DNA of 64,000 nucleotides from Wickerhamiella versatilis (taxonomy: Eukaryota). Below the pieces are notes generated by a model. That model was not told the DNA's origin. It made no database searches and was given only the letters and a program-made list of their open reading frames with translations. Below are positions 52,319 through 62,767 of the stretch, one piece after another; within the stretch, counting starts at the first letter, position 1, and each line of letters opens with the position of its first letter. The position numbers were made by a program, and so were the translations under genes. Where the stretch lies: the NCBI GenBank assembly GCA_030867685.1, contig JAQOWU010000007.1:248001-312000 (forward strand). Direction: 5' to 3'.

Positions 52319-53605
52319 ATGTCCCGTCCAAATATCGTGTTCATACTCGCGGACGACCTGGGCTCTGCAGACTTGAGCTGTTATGGAAGGAGGGACTATA
52401 AGACACCAGTTTTGGATGAGCTAGCATCAAATGGAATCAAGCTACGAAATGCATACGCGAACTCCGCAGTATGTAGTGCAACCAGAGTTGCGCTTATTAC
52501 TGGACAATATCAGTATCGTTTTACAACTGGCCTATACGAGCCCATAGCAGGACCAAAGTTCGAATCTTTACCTAAAACTGTCCCTACGCTGCCTGGCCGC
52601 TTTAAAGACTTGGGCTACCGGACAAACTTGATTGGTAAGTGGCATCTGGGGAAGTTGCCTGACAATGGGCCTCTCAATTACGGGTACGACAAATTCTTTG
52701 GCTTTCTTGGAGGTGCAGCGGATTATTTCGAGCACAAAATGTGGATCGGTAAAGATGTTGAGGGAGACGGGCTTGTCGAAGATAAACAATACGTGAAAAG
52801 AGACGGTTATCTTACTGAGATACTTGGTGATGAGGCAGTGAAAGTCATTGAGCAGGCCAAAGACCCTTTTTTACTATGTCTGCACTTTAATGCTCCCCAT
52901 TGGCCCTGGGAGGGTCCCAATGATAAAGACGTTCCCAAGGGTTTGGAGAATTTGAGACATTTGGATGGAGGTAACCTCGCTGTGTATGCTGAAATGGTGC
53001 AAAGTATGGATGCAAATATCGGAAAAGTCCTTAATGCCCTTAAGAATAAAGGTATCAGCGACAACACCATAGTTGTTTTCACCAGCGACAACGGTGGAGA
53101 GCGCTTTGGTGATACATGGCCACATATAGGAGTGAAGGGGGAGCTATTCGAGGGTGGGCTTCGCGTGCCAGCCATAATTAGGTGGCCCGATGGTGGGCTT
53201 AGTGGTGGGAAAGAAAGCGATCAAGTAGCTATAACCATGGACTGGGTGCCTACGTTGCTGGCTGCCGTAGAAGGGGGTAATAAACCTGCTGTTTTGGACG
53301 GTATAAATTTATTACCTATGTTGCGGGGAAATTACCGAGAAGACAGGACATTGTTCTGGCGTTACAAATCGAGTGAACAGGCCGCAGTTCGAAGTGGTAA
53401 ATATAAGTATTTACAAATTGCCGGAAAGGAATATCTCTTTGATGTTGAAACAGATGAGCGAGAGCGTGCGAATATCAAGAAAAAGTTTCCTACAATATTC
53501 GAGGGATTGAAACAAAAGTATCACGACTGGAATATAGATATGTTGCCGTATCCACCCGATAGCTTCAGTGAAGCTGCTCATAATTTTATCGCGGATAGGT
53601 ATTAG
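52319..53605 (+). CDS. Formylglycine-dependent (Cys-type, S1) sulfatase, cytosolic, bacterial-like
   Basis: PNIVFILADDLG, CSATRVALITG (CxAxR), GKWHLG, APHWP, FTSDNGG, KGELFEGGLRVP; no signal peptide. Confidence 0.94.
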   Translation: MSRPNIVFILADDLGSADLSCYGRRDYKTPVLDELASNGIKLRNAYANSAVCSATRVALITGQYQYRFTTGLYEPIAGPKFESLPKTVPTLPGRFKDLGYRTNLIGKWHLGKLPDNGPLNYGYDKFFGFLGGAADYFEHKMWIGKDVEGDGLVEDKQYVKRDGYLTEILGDEAVKVIEQAKDPFLLCLHFNAPHWPWEGPNDKDVPKGLENLRHLDGGNLAVYAEMVQSMDANIGKVLNALKNKGISDNTIVVFTSDNGGERFGDTWPHIGVKGELFEGGLRVPAIIRWPDGGLSGGKESDQVAITMDWVPTLLAAVEGGNKPAVLDGINLLPMLRGNYREDRTLFWRYKSSEQAAVRSGKYKYLQIAGKEYLFDVETDERERANIKKKFPTIFEGLKQKYHDWNIDMLPYPPDSFSEAAHNFIADRY

Positions 53606-54211
53606 GATGCTCAGCTAGGGTGCTGTGCTAGATCATATACTAAGAAGAATGTTCGATCCTTCATTGAAGTTACCGGATTTATTCGACACTAAGTACCAAA
53701 ATCTTCACCTGTAATTAAACTGTGGGGCCAAAGTCAAGAAGCGCTTCTTATACATTATGCCTGGAGGGGAGTGAAAAGTGCATTCTCCCCAATTAGGCCC
53801 CTGAATGACGCCATCGAGGCTTTTTAGGTAATATAGTAGTATTAAACAATCTCAATGAATCGTAGTGTTGCTATTTTCTTGCATCATGCAAAACTCGTGA
53901 GTGCTAAGTCATTCCCCTAACATGCTATGCTACTCCAAGGCAAGACCGGTATGTGATATGATAACGCATTATCGGCATTTTCCCGAAATTTGAACGCGTG
54001 AAAAAGTGTCCAAAGGGTAAAGAACAAATTTTTTATTGGAATAATAATGATACATCTCTTGATTGCTTCCCACATATCATCATCATAGCGCTCACTTAGG
54101 CTATCACCATACCCCAACCTTGCCCTAATAATCCGGTATGTGCACTTATCTTTGATTATAGATTTATAGGCAGCGTAGCCGTTGCGTAGCTCTAGTCGGC
54201 CTTAGAAATAA

Positions 54212-56698
54212 ATGGTTCCACAATCACTCGTTCTTTGGTGCTTTTTGACGGCATGTGTTTCTGCACTGTCACCCAAGATGAGAGGCCTCGGAAAGCCTCT
54301 TATGCCAAAGCCCCCGCCCAGGCGCCGTGTTGCACTAGCAGTTGACGAACAAGAGCCCACTTCAGGACATAGTACCTTCACCCAATATATCGATCATAGT
54401 AACCCGGATTTGGGCACGTTCGAGCAGTTCTACTATTGGGGTTCGGAGTTTTGGGGCGGACCTGGTTCACCAGTGATTCTTATGACGCCAGGGGAGTCTG
54501 CCGCAGAAGGATACGATAGCTACTTGGAAAACACCACGATCACAGGTCATTTTGCTGAGGCTATTAATGCAGCTGTAGTTGTTGTTGAACATCGTTACTG
54601 GGGCCAATCGGTCCCTGTCCCTGACCTAAGTACAGAAAATTTGAAGTATCTTACTGTGAACCAATCTCTTGCAGATTTCGAGCGATTTGCCAGAGAAGTG
54701 AAGCTCCCTTTTGACAAGGAGCAGACGTCAATTGCTACCAAGGCCCCCTGGGTAATGTCGGGCGGATCCTACTCTGGGGCTCTATCGGCGTACATGGCTA
54801 ACGTCAAACCAGGTACATTTTGGGTCTACACTTCAACTTCTGGACCCGTTGAAACTATTTATGACTTCTACGGCTATTTCGACCCCATCCGAGAGCACAT
54901 GCCTAAGAATTGTTCAGCAGATGTGCAGAAGGTGATTGGCCATGTTGATGCAGTTCTGACCAATGGAACAGAGGAAGAGCAGCACTCTCTAATGTCAGAC
55001 TTTAATGCTATTGGTATTGAACACTTGGATGATTTTGCCTCAGCTTTTTCAAGCCCTATTTATCAATGGCAAAGCAACCAGTACTATGGTGGGTATAGCG
55101 CACCTTTCTACGAATTCTGTGATGCCATTGAGGGAGTTGGTTCTGGCTCTTACAATAGTAGTTTGCCCGGTCCAGAAGGTGTGGGCTTCAAGGACGCGTA
55201 TAATAACTTCGCGGAGTACATGAAGAAATATTACTTTTATAACGGAACTTGCGGTGATTCCACTTACGATTGTTTTGACACATACAACCCCAATTCTAGC
55301 ACTTACACTGATATATCCGCTAGTAACGACTTTCGTCAGTGGGAATGGATTCTCTGCAATGAACCCTTCGCATTCTGGCAAGATGGGGCCCCCGAAGGGC
55401 ATCCTAGCGTGATCTCACGCCTCGTGTCCGCTGAATATCAGCAAAGGCAGTGCGCTCTATATTTCCCCGAGGCTAAAGATGGGTTCTCCTTCCGTTCCGA
55501 AGAAGGATATACAGTTGACAACACTAATGCGTACTTTGGCGGTTGGGACGTTTATGACACCAAGCGTCTTCTGCATGTAACAGGAAGTGCTGATCCTTGG
55601 AGGGAGGCATGCGTGTCAAGTACGGAGCGGCCAGGTGGCCCTCGGTCCAGTTCAAACCGGATCCCAATATTTGAGATTGATGGTGGATTCCACTGTACTG
55701 ATATGCTTATGGAAAATGCTGTCAATGAGAACGTTAAGAAAGCTATCGATGAAGAAACTGCTCAAGTTGTGGAATGGATCAAACAGTGGCCGGGTGCTAG
55801 GAAGTCGTTGTCGAGCTCCAAACCCAGTTCTGCATCCGCAACCAAGCCAGCAACCAAATCGAGCTCTGCTAAAACATTGAGTAGCCATTTCTCATCCACA
55901 GCGGGCAAACCATCCTCAGCATCTCCTAGTACACTAACCTCTAAAAGCTTTCTTCCAAGCTCTGTGAAGTCGATCGCCAGCTTTAGCACTTCGTCAGTCA
56001 GTGGTTCTGCTTCTGCAAGCTCCCTCGTCCCTTCCGTCGCGGCTCCCTCTACAACAGGCGCAGGTTCTGGCGTCTCAAGTAGTGCTTCTGGCCCGTCCGT
56101 AACTACCACAGTCGTGTCATCGTTCACAACTTTTTGCCCTAGCTCTACTGAGCTCACGTTTAACGGCCATACATACACTGCCACAGGTAGTACCACTCTT
56201 ACGATTACGGACTGCCCATGTACTCTTACGCAGTCTGGCAAGCCAACAGCCGCCCCCACGGCGAGCTCGGCTGTTTCCAAGCCACAGGGACAAGCGAGCT
56301 CAGTGACCACAAGTGAGCACGATTCGGTATCTACGGTTGTGGTCTCTGCTTTCACTACATACTGCCCTGGCTCCACTGAGTTTACATTTAACGGAAAGAC
56401 TTACACCGCCACCGAATCGACGACAATGACGATCACCGATTGCCCGTGTACTCTTACTACCGGCAGCTCACCATCAGCAGGTCCGGTGGGTACCCCTGGA
56501 ACAGTGTCATCTGAAGCGAGCTCTACATCAGCTATTTCCCCTGGACTGCCTTCCTCTTCAGGTTCTCCATCGCTTGCTCCAACTGGTCTTCCCGTTGAGC
56601 CCAACCAGTCAGCTCCAGCCGTGGCAAATGGCATCTCTCGCCTCGTACCTGCGGTCTCAGCAGTGGTAGCCGGTATGGTTGCAACGCTACTGCTTTGA
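54212..56698 (+). CDS. Peptidase S28 (serine carboxypeptidase, PRCP-like) with Ser/Thr stalk, two Ccw12/Sed1-type cell-wall repeats and GPI signal
   Basis: Signal peptide, [14 protein letters not shown] (catalytic Ser), DPW, HCTD (His); S/T-rich region; TTxCP...TITDCPCT x2; C-terminal NG + hydrophobic tail. Confidence 0.92.
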   Translation: MVPQSLVLWCFLTACVSALSPKMRGLGKPLMPKPPPRRRVALAVDEQEPTSGHSTFTQYIDHSNPDLGTFEQFYYWGSEFWGGPGSPVILMTPGESAAEGYDSYLENTTITGHFAEAINAAVVVVEHRYWGQSVPVPDLSTENLKYLTVNQSLADFERFAREVKLPFDKEQTSIATKAPWVMSGGSYSGALSAYMANVKPGTFWVYTSTSGPVETIYDFYGYFDPIREHMPKNCSADVQKVIGHVDAVLTNGTEEEQHSLMSDFNAIGIEHLDDFASAFSSPIYQWQSNQYYGGYSAPFYEFCDAIEGVGSGSYNSSLPGPEGVGFKDAYNNFAEYMKKYYFYNGTCGDSTYDCFDTYNPNSSTYTDISASNDFRQWEWILCNEPFAFWQDGAPEGHPSVISRLVSAEYQQRQCALYFPEAKDGFSFRSEEGYTVDNTNAYFGGWDVYDTKRLLHVTGSADPWREACVSSTERPGGPRSSSNRIPIFEIDGGFHCTDMLMENAVNENVKKAIDEETAQVVEWIKQWPGARKSLSSSKPSSASATKPATKSSSAKTLSSHFSSTAGKPSSASPSTLTSKSFLPSSVKSIASFSTSSVSGSASASSLVPSVAAPSTTGAGSGVSSSASGPSVTTTVVSSFTTFCPSSTELTFNGHTYTATGSTTLTITDCPCTLTQSGKPTAAPTASSAVSKPQGQASSVTTSEHDSVSTVVVSAFTTYCPGSTEFTFNGKTYTATESTTMTITDCPCTLTTGSSPSAGPVGTPGTVSSEASSTSAISPGLPSSSGSPSLAPTGLPVEPNQSAPAVANGISRLVPAVSAVVAGMVATLLL
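56111..56458 (+). repeat. Two 120-bp intragenic repeats (56111-56230, 56339-56458) encoding [40 protein letters not shown]
   Basis: Read from DNA and translation. Confidence 0.9.
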
Positions 56699-56939
56699 AG
56701 TTTTGAGTCTATATACCAATAATACTATTGCAAAACATCTAAAAACAGAGTTTAGGCCAGTTATTTGCCACGTAAGTATCACATACTTTCTCTCCTGTCC
56801 CTGACGGAACCTTGGTATTTCGGTGCTTCCGCGGATACACAAAAGGGCTAGGGTAAGTGATAGAGATCCTGAAAACGTTAAATAACTAGTTATTTCTTGG
56901 TGTTACGAATGGGAATCCGTTAAAAAGTAAGATTAGCGA

Positions 56940-58310
56940 ATGGAGGGGTTGACTCTGTACTTAGGAGCTGTTGTACATTGTGTATCTGCAACCGAATGTG
57001 TGCTCATGCCTAATGCGCAATTAGGTGTTACACCAGACGGTAAAATCGCATTTTTGCGTGACCAGAAAGAGTCCGAGATACCGTCTGGTGTCAATGTGAT
57101 TCAACTGAATCCCAACCAGTTTTTGGTGCCGGGATTCGTGGACAGTCACATTCATGCTCCCCAATATCCCAATGCTGGTATTTTTGGGGACTCCACACTG
57201 CTAGACTGGCTGGATGAGTACACTTTCCCAATGGAACTCAAATTCCGGGATAGGGAAGTGGCTGAAGCAGTTTGCTCTCGGTTAGTGAGGCGTGCCATAG
57301 ATAGCGGCACTACCCTCGCCAGTTACTACGGCACCAGTCACCTTGATACTACAGTACAACTCGCGAAGATTGCGCAGAGGGTGGGTCAGCGTTGTCTAGT
57401 GGGACGTGTATGCATGGAAAGGTTCTGCCCCGAGGAAATCGCGGATGAATCCACAGAATCTGCACTTGCCGCAGATCGCGAGTTCGTGAGGATCGTCAAA
57501 AACCTCGACCCGCATGGTCATAACGTCGTGCCTGTTATCACACCGCGATTTGCACCCAGCTGCCGGCAAAAAACTCTCTGTGAGGAAGGGAAACTTGCCG
57601 CGGAGGCAGACATCCCAGTTCAGACCCACATTGCTGAGAACAAGTCTGAAATCGAATGGGTTCGAGAGTTGTTTCCAGATTCTGACCATTATGCCGGTGT
57701 ATACGACAATGCTGGACTCTTAGGGCCTAAAACTATTCTAGCCCATGCAATACATCTCAGTGAGCCCGAATTACAACTGATTGGGGATCGTAAATGTGGC
57801 ATATCGCACTGTCCGGAGTCGAATGCCAGTATTGGGAGCGGTATCGCCCCTGTGCGTCGGATGATGTTAAGAGGTATTAAATGCTCGCTTGGCACTGATA
57901 TAAGTGCCGGAAGCTCACCCAGTGTCCTGCGCAACCTGAAGCTGGCTCTTCTAAAGTCAAGACTACTATCTGAAAGACTTAATGACGCAGAAAGCATTTT
58001 ATCGGTCAAGGATGGGGTCTTCCTGGCAACCCTAGGTGGGGCTCAGGTCTGTGGCCTGGACAAGATAGCAGGAAATTTTACTGTGGGTAAATTTTTTGAT
58101 GCCCAACTGATAGATGTCTCGAAAGAGCCAATCGATATCTTCAAATTCGCAGAACCGGAGGACCCTATAGAACGGCTGGAATATATGTTAACTAAATGGG
58201 TGTATATGGGTGATGACCGCAATACAGTGCAGGTATGGGTGGGAGGCAAACCCGTAAAGCACAGCTCTCATGATATCCGTCTACAGCTTGAGGAGTACTG
58301 CGCACTGTAG
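56940..58310 (+). CDS. GUD1: Guanine deaminase
   Basis: PGFVDSHIHAPQY, LLDWLDEYTFP, ITPRFAPSC, QTHIAEN, LAHAIHL, HCPESN, LGTD, GDDRN. Confidence 0.95.
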   Translation: MEGLTLYLGAVVHCVSATECVLMPNAQLGVTPDGKIAFLRDQKESEIPSGVNVIQLNPNQFLVPGFVDSHIHAPQYPNAGIFGDSTLLDWLDEYTFPMELKFRDREVAEAVCSRLVRRAIDSGTTLASYYGTSHLDTTVQLAKIAQRVGQRCLVGRVCMERFCPEEIADESTESALAADREFVRIVKNLDPHGHNVVPVITPRFAPSCRQKTLCEEGKLAAEADIPVQTHIAENKSEIEWVRELFPDSDHYAGVYDNAGLLGPKTILAHAIHLSEPELQLIGDRKCGISHCPESNASIGSGIAPVRRMMLRGIKCSLGTDISAGSSPSVLRNLKLALLKSRLLSERLNDAESILSVKDGVFLATLGGAQVCGLDKIAGNFTVGKFFDAQLIDVSKEPIDIFKFAEPEDPIERLEYMLTKWVYMGDDRNTVQVWVGGKPVKHSSHDIRLQLEEYCAL

Positions 58311-58425
58311 GCTATTTATCACCAAAAGGCTTTTTTTTTCATTTTTTATGAATCTATGAATTCCATAAAACTCATACCTCTAAAGTATGGAACTGCAAAC
58401 TTACAAATTCATGCTAATATCTTTT

Positions 58426-59322
58426 TTATTTATCGAAAGGGTCATATTCCGCAGGCCAGCTGATGGGATCAAATCCGTTCGACAGATAGTAGTCGTTCGG
58501 GTCACCAAGGGACGCAAAGTCCTCGCGAGAGAACTCGAAATCAAACACGTCTAAGTTCTCCTGCATGCGATTAGTGTGCGTGGTCTTGGGCAGAGGAATA
58601 GCACCGTAGTCCAAAGACCACTTCAAGAGAATCTGAGCTGGGGTCTTGTTGTATTCCTTGGCCAAAGCCTGGAGCCTGGCATCCTCAGTCAAGCGGGTAC
58701 CCCTTGTCAGAGGACCCCATGCCTCAATTGCAATGTGGTGACTACGCAAGAAACTAACCAGATCCCTGCGCTGATTCCACGGGCTCAATTCAATCTGGTT
58801 AAGAACGGGCAGAGGAAGCTTGGCATCGATAATCTCTTGAATGTTGCCCTGGCTATAGTTGGACACGCCGATATCCTTCACGATACCTTCCTTTTGCGCG
58901 TCAACAAGGGCCTGGTAAGTGGCAATACGAGATTCCGGGTTGCCCGAGGGGAAATGGACGAGAAGTAGATCAATGTACTCAAGCTGCTCCACACGCTGCA
59001 AAGCTTCCTTGATCTGTTCTGCCGCGGCATTATAGGTGTAGTTGGCACCTTTAACCTTGGTGGTGTAGTAAATGTCGCTACGCTTGACGTCTGGATAATC
59101 CTCCAAGAACTTCGAAATTGCCTCACCTGTGGCCTTTTCATTCTTGTAGTAGGCTGCAGAGTCAATCAAACGGTAGCCGGTGACAAGTGCATCGTACACA
59201 GTCTCCGTAGTTGTCTTGGGGTCGACCTCGAAGACACCGAATCCCAAATTAGGGATAGTCCTACCGCTTGACAATTGGACTCTGGGGACCCGGTCAGAAA
59301 CTTCAATCTTTCTCGACGACAT
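58426..59322 (-). CDS. Aldo-keto reductase (AKR5/YJR096W-like)
   Basis: IPNLGFG, GYRLIDSAAYYKNE, YIDLLLVHFP, IGVSNY, NQIELSPW, IPLPK. Confidence 0.92.
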   Translation of the reverse strand: MSSRKIEVSDRVPRVQLSSGRTIPNLGFGVFEVDPKTTTETVYDALVTGYRLIDSAAYYKNEKATGEAISKFLEDYPDVKRSDIYYTTKVKGANYTYNAAAEQIKEALQRVEQLEYIDLLLVHFPSGNPESRIATYQALVDAQKEGIVKDIGVSNYSQGNIQEIIDAKLPLPVLNQIELSPWNQRRDLVSFLRSHHIAIEAWGPLTRGTRLTEDARLQALAKEYNKTPAQILLKWSLDYGAIPLPKTTHTNRMQENLDVFDFEFSREDFASLGDPNDYYLSNGFDPISWPAEYDPFDK

Positions 59323-60102
59323 ATTAGAATAAATCTGTATTGAACGGTATAAGCCTTCACACTTTATATAGTTGAGGCTTCATCATTGCATCATCATGTT
59401 GTAATACAATAGCAAGCAACGGTCAGATCACATGATGGAAATAATGATCGGAGCCTCTGATCCTTTTAGTTTAATCAGACCCATGCTAAAAGATGGCTGC
59501 TTTGACTATGGAAATAATCCTAGAAAATAAAATATTAGATGCATTACAATCTGAGAGCTGTATACCCCAAAATGGGGTATACGCAATAGAAGCGTAATGT
59601 AGCATATTTGCTGAATAAGTCCAACGTTGGGTGCTGACTCATATATTCTAGAACACTCGGGAAGGATCTGTCATCTGTACCTATGGTTGTCGATCAAGGG
59701 TGAAGTTCTGTAAGCTAAGCTTTGTAAGAAAGACATAATTGATGTCGCTTTCTTGGGCTAGTTTACTTTAATAAAAGAATCCTTTTTTTTGTAATCATCC
59801 TCTCAGCTGGGCTTCCACGAACGCAGTTGTGTCGACTACTTAACTATATAGACATAAATATTCTTGTATCTTCACATGATATCAATGAAAAGAAGTTTCA
59901 TGAGACCATATGGCTTCTAAGGGGCCTATAGTCACGACCAGTCCCTGATGGTGCTCAGAACCACTTGGATGTTCCTCCTGATATCACACATACATTGCAG
60001 AGACCGTAAACATATCCCCGGAAATGCAAAACAGTTATCTGCTAATACGACATATGACACTTCTTTGTCCTTACTGTTGAGTTAGCTGTACGGCATTAAG
60101 GC

Positions 60103-60132
60103 CCGGTCTGGTCCGGTCCGGTCCGGTCCGGT
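60103..60132. repeat. (CCGGT)6-like pentamer repeat, one unit CTGGT
   Basis: ccggtctggtccggtccggtccggtccggt read directly. Confidence 0.9.
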
Positions 60133-60549
60133 TACATTTGATATGGATTCGACTAGATTGATTTGTTATCTGATAAGTTGTTGTGCCTATGAAATAGTTG
60201 TTGCTACAAGATCTCTAGATGTTGGCAAGCTTCTTGGTGCTCAAGTACGTTACATACCCAGTCATCAGGCCTAGCAATTTAATCCGAGATCTTAGATGGA
60301 GGTAAGTGGATCCGACAATCGCAACCATCTTGTTGCATCACCCTACAAAATAGCCTTTATAAAATTTACGTGAAATACCTGTTATTTTTATTACAAGCAT
60401 GGTGGTATGGTGATAGTCATTATCCTCAACGACTATTGCCCTATCTGATAAGGACCCGCATGTTAATAATAGAATCAGTAACTAATTCCGAGATAGTAAA
60501 GTTCAAGAACCACAGTGAGCCCGCAGATTGTGGCAGTGAATTCTTTTAA

Positions 60550-61356
60550 ATGGTAGCACCAGCGCAAACCACTAATACTGTCACTAAGGATGTATTTCCG
60601 GTACCGATTGGGGTTCCCAAGTTTGACAATGTTGAACTAGAGCGCAAATGGCTTCTTGAGCAAATGGCTGGTGCATTCCGCGTATTCGCACGGAAGGGAT
60701 ACTGTGTGGGTTCTGCAGGGCATATCAGTGTGAGGGATCCTGGTAATCCTAATCACTTTTGGTTGAATCCTGTTGGTCGACACTTTGCCACCTTGAAGGC
60801 AAGTGATATGGTTCTTGTAGATCATGCTGGAGAAGTCATCGGGGGAAGTCGTCTTCCTGTAAACAAGGCTGGATTTGAGATCCACTCTGCAATACATACA
60901 GCCCGACCTGATGTTAATGTTGCCTGTCATACACACTCCATGTACGGTAAGGCATATTCGGCTTTTGGCAAGCCACTAGAAATGCTGAACCAAGATGTCT
61001 GCGTTTTTTACGAAAACCACTCGGTATATAATAGCTTTGGTGGTATCGTTCTCACTGAAGGCGAAGGAAAGCACATTGCAGCAGCGTTAGGGGACAATGC
61101 CGCGGTGATTCTTCAGAACCATGGATTGCTCACCGCAGGGGGGTCCGTAGGAGAGGCCACCACGCTTTTTACTTTATTTGAAGAGTCATGCCATGCGCAG
61201 CTTCTGGCAGATGCATCTAAATTCCCCAAGCAGCTCATCCCGCATGAAAAAGCACAGTACACTAAGGATGCCACTTGTTATCCTGACTTTCTCCACTTCG
61301 AGTTCCTTCCGGATCTGGAGTATGAAGAGCATATGGATCCCAGCTTTAAACAATAG
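60550..61356 (+). CDS. Class II aldolase/adducin-family protein (Mug14-like)
   Basis: AGHISVRDP, FWLNP, NKAGFEIHSAIH, CHTHS, LQNHGLLT metal-binding His set. Confidence 0.92.
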   Translation: MVAPAQTTNTVTKDVFPVPIGVPKFDNVELERKWLLEQMAGAFRVFARKGYCVGSAGHISVRDPGNPNHFWLNPVGRHFATLKASDMVLVDHAGEVIGGSRLPVNKAGFEIHSAIHTARPDVNVACHTHSMYGKAYSAFGKPLEMLNQDVCVFYENHSVYNSFGGIVLTEGEGKHIAAALGDNAAVILQNHGLLTAGGSVGEATTLFTLFEESCHAQLLADASKFPKQLIPHEKAQYTKDATCYPDFLHFEFLPDLEYEEHMDPSFKQ

Positions 61357-61449
61357 GTAACTAAGTGTAGACCATAAGGTAATGAATAGGAAATTTATAT
61401 TTGATGCTTCATTTATTATGTTACAGTGCTGTACTATAATATGCTATGT

Positions 61450-62463
61450 CTAGAATTCAATTGGTTCTAACGATGTAGAAAAAGGCTCTGAAGGGAGAAT
61501 TACCTTCCCATTTTTTTCTAGGAGAGAGAACTGCCTTCCTCTCAGAAACTGGTACATCACCTGAAGCACGGGAACTTCAATTTGATGTTTGGCTGCACAC
61601 CTAATAGGAGTCCCAAGAAGGGTTTCAAGCTCCATAACTCGACCATTTTTGGCATCCACAAGCATTGAAGGTTCAAAATAGATTCCCATATTCCCATGTT
61701 CAAGCATTTTTTCTATGGTGTCGGGTGGAAACTTCTCCCCTAGCTCAACCTCAGCTATCTTGAGTACTTCATACATCGCAGGTTCTATGAGAGTTTTTCC
61801 TAAGCCTGAAAAATGTATTCTTCCAGCATCAATGCCCATGATGGCTGCAGCGGGGTTATAAGTCGCATTATAAAGAAGTTTCCACCATCTGCGGGCAGAT
61901 ATGTTTTCCGTAAAAACAGCCTCTGATTTGGACTGGTTGTATATATCTACGAACTGCTTTGTCCTCTCAATTGCCTCCGGTCTCTTATCCAAAGTCCCAA
62001 CAGTAATATGGTCAGACCCCACATGCTTTATGTATCCACCGTGATTGATCGCAGCTATGAGAGACATCCCGCCTATCACGTACGAATCAGGATACGCCTT
62101 CATTACGGACAATTCGTTGTAAACCCCATTTTGAATTACCACAATGGCACATTCCGGTGACACAAGAGGTCTTATCAGGTCCTCTGTCGTCTGCACCTCA
62201 GGAATATTTTTCGTGCAGACCACGATGTAGTCGTATGGGCAATATTTAGCCGCATCCTGTACAGAGGATACAATCCGATATGGCTTCCAGGAGCTCACCT
62301 GACCATAGTCGACAGAATCGAAATAAAACCCGTTCTTGGTCACCGAGTCATAAGTACTTCGAGCAACAAGCGTCACATCCAAATGTCCCGACATTTCCAT
62401 GGCCAGGGCAACAACACTGCCTACTCCACCTGCTCCAATCAATACAGCCTGCTTCTTAGGCAT
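61450..62463 (-). CDS. Ketopantoate reductase (PanE/ApbA) family 2-keto-acid reductase
   Basis: IGAGGVG, YDYIVVCTKNIP, IQNG, WWKLLYNATYN, PSMLVD, MELE. Confidence 0.9.
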   Translation of the reverse strand: MPKKQAVLIGAGGVGSVVALAMEMSGHLDVTLVARSTYDSVTKNGFYFDSVDYGQVSSWKPYRIVSSVQDAAKYCPYDYIVVCTKNIPEVQTTEDLIRPLVSPECAIVVIQNGVYNELSVMKAYPDSYVIGGMSLIAAINHGGYIKHVGSDHITVGTLDKRPEAIERTKQFVDIYNQSKSEAVFTENISARRWWKLLYNATYNPAAAIMGIDAGRIHFSGLGKTLIEPAMYEVLKIAEVELGEKFPPDTIEKMLEHGNMGIYFEPSMLVDAKNGRVMELETLLGTPIRCAAKHQIEVPVLQVMYQFLRGRQFSLLEKNGKVILPSEPFSTSLEPIEF

Positions 62464-62767
62464 TTTCTATGTACTGATCAGAATTAGTATTAGTAGTGGG
62501 CAATAACATTAAATACGAAACGTGCGGCATACACATATGATGACAAAGTCATACAGTGATGGAAGGTAAATCCGAAAATGCCTCACCTGTAATGCGAATG
62601 GGCAAAACCTAATAAATTCTCTCCACCCATGAGGTTCATGAGATAAAAAACAATTCATCGACTTACCAGTATAGCATATTCAAATAAATAAGGATTCTAT
62701 AAATATCATACGAATTTCGCTGAGTACCACGTTTCGGACATCCGATATTGGTGCTGGTAAAATAACA

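Noticed and set aside
2698-53605. Bacterial contamination or a transferred operon explaining the bacterial-like genes
   Set aside because: The genes alternate with clearly fungal genes, have similar base composition and long AT-rich spacers with TATA boxes, and some carry eukaryotic targeting peptides; there is no operon-like arrangement.
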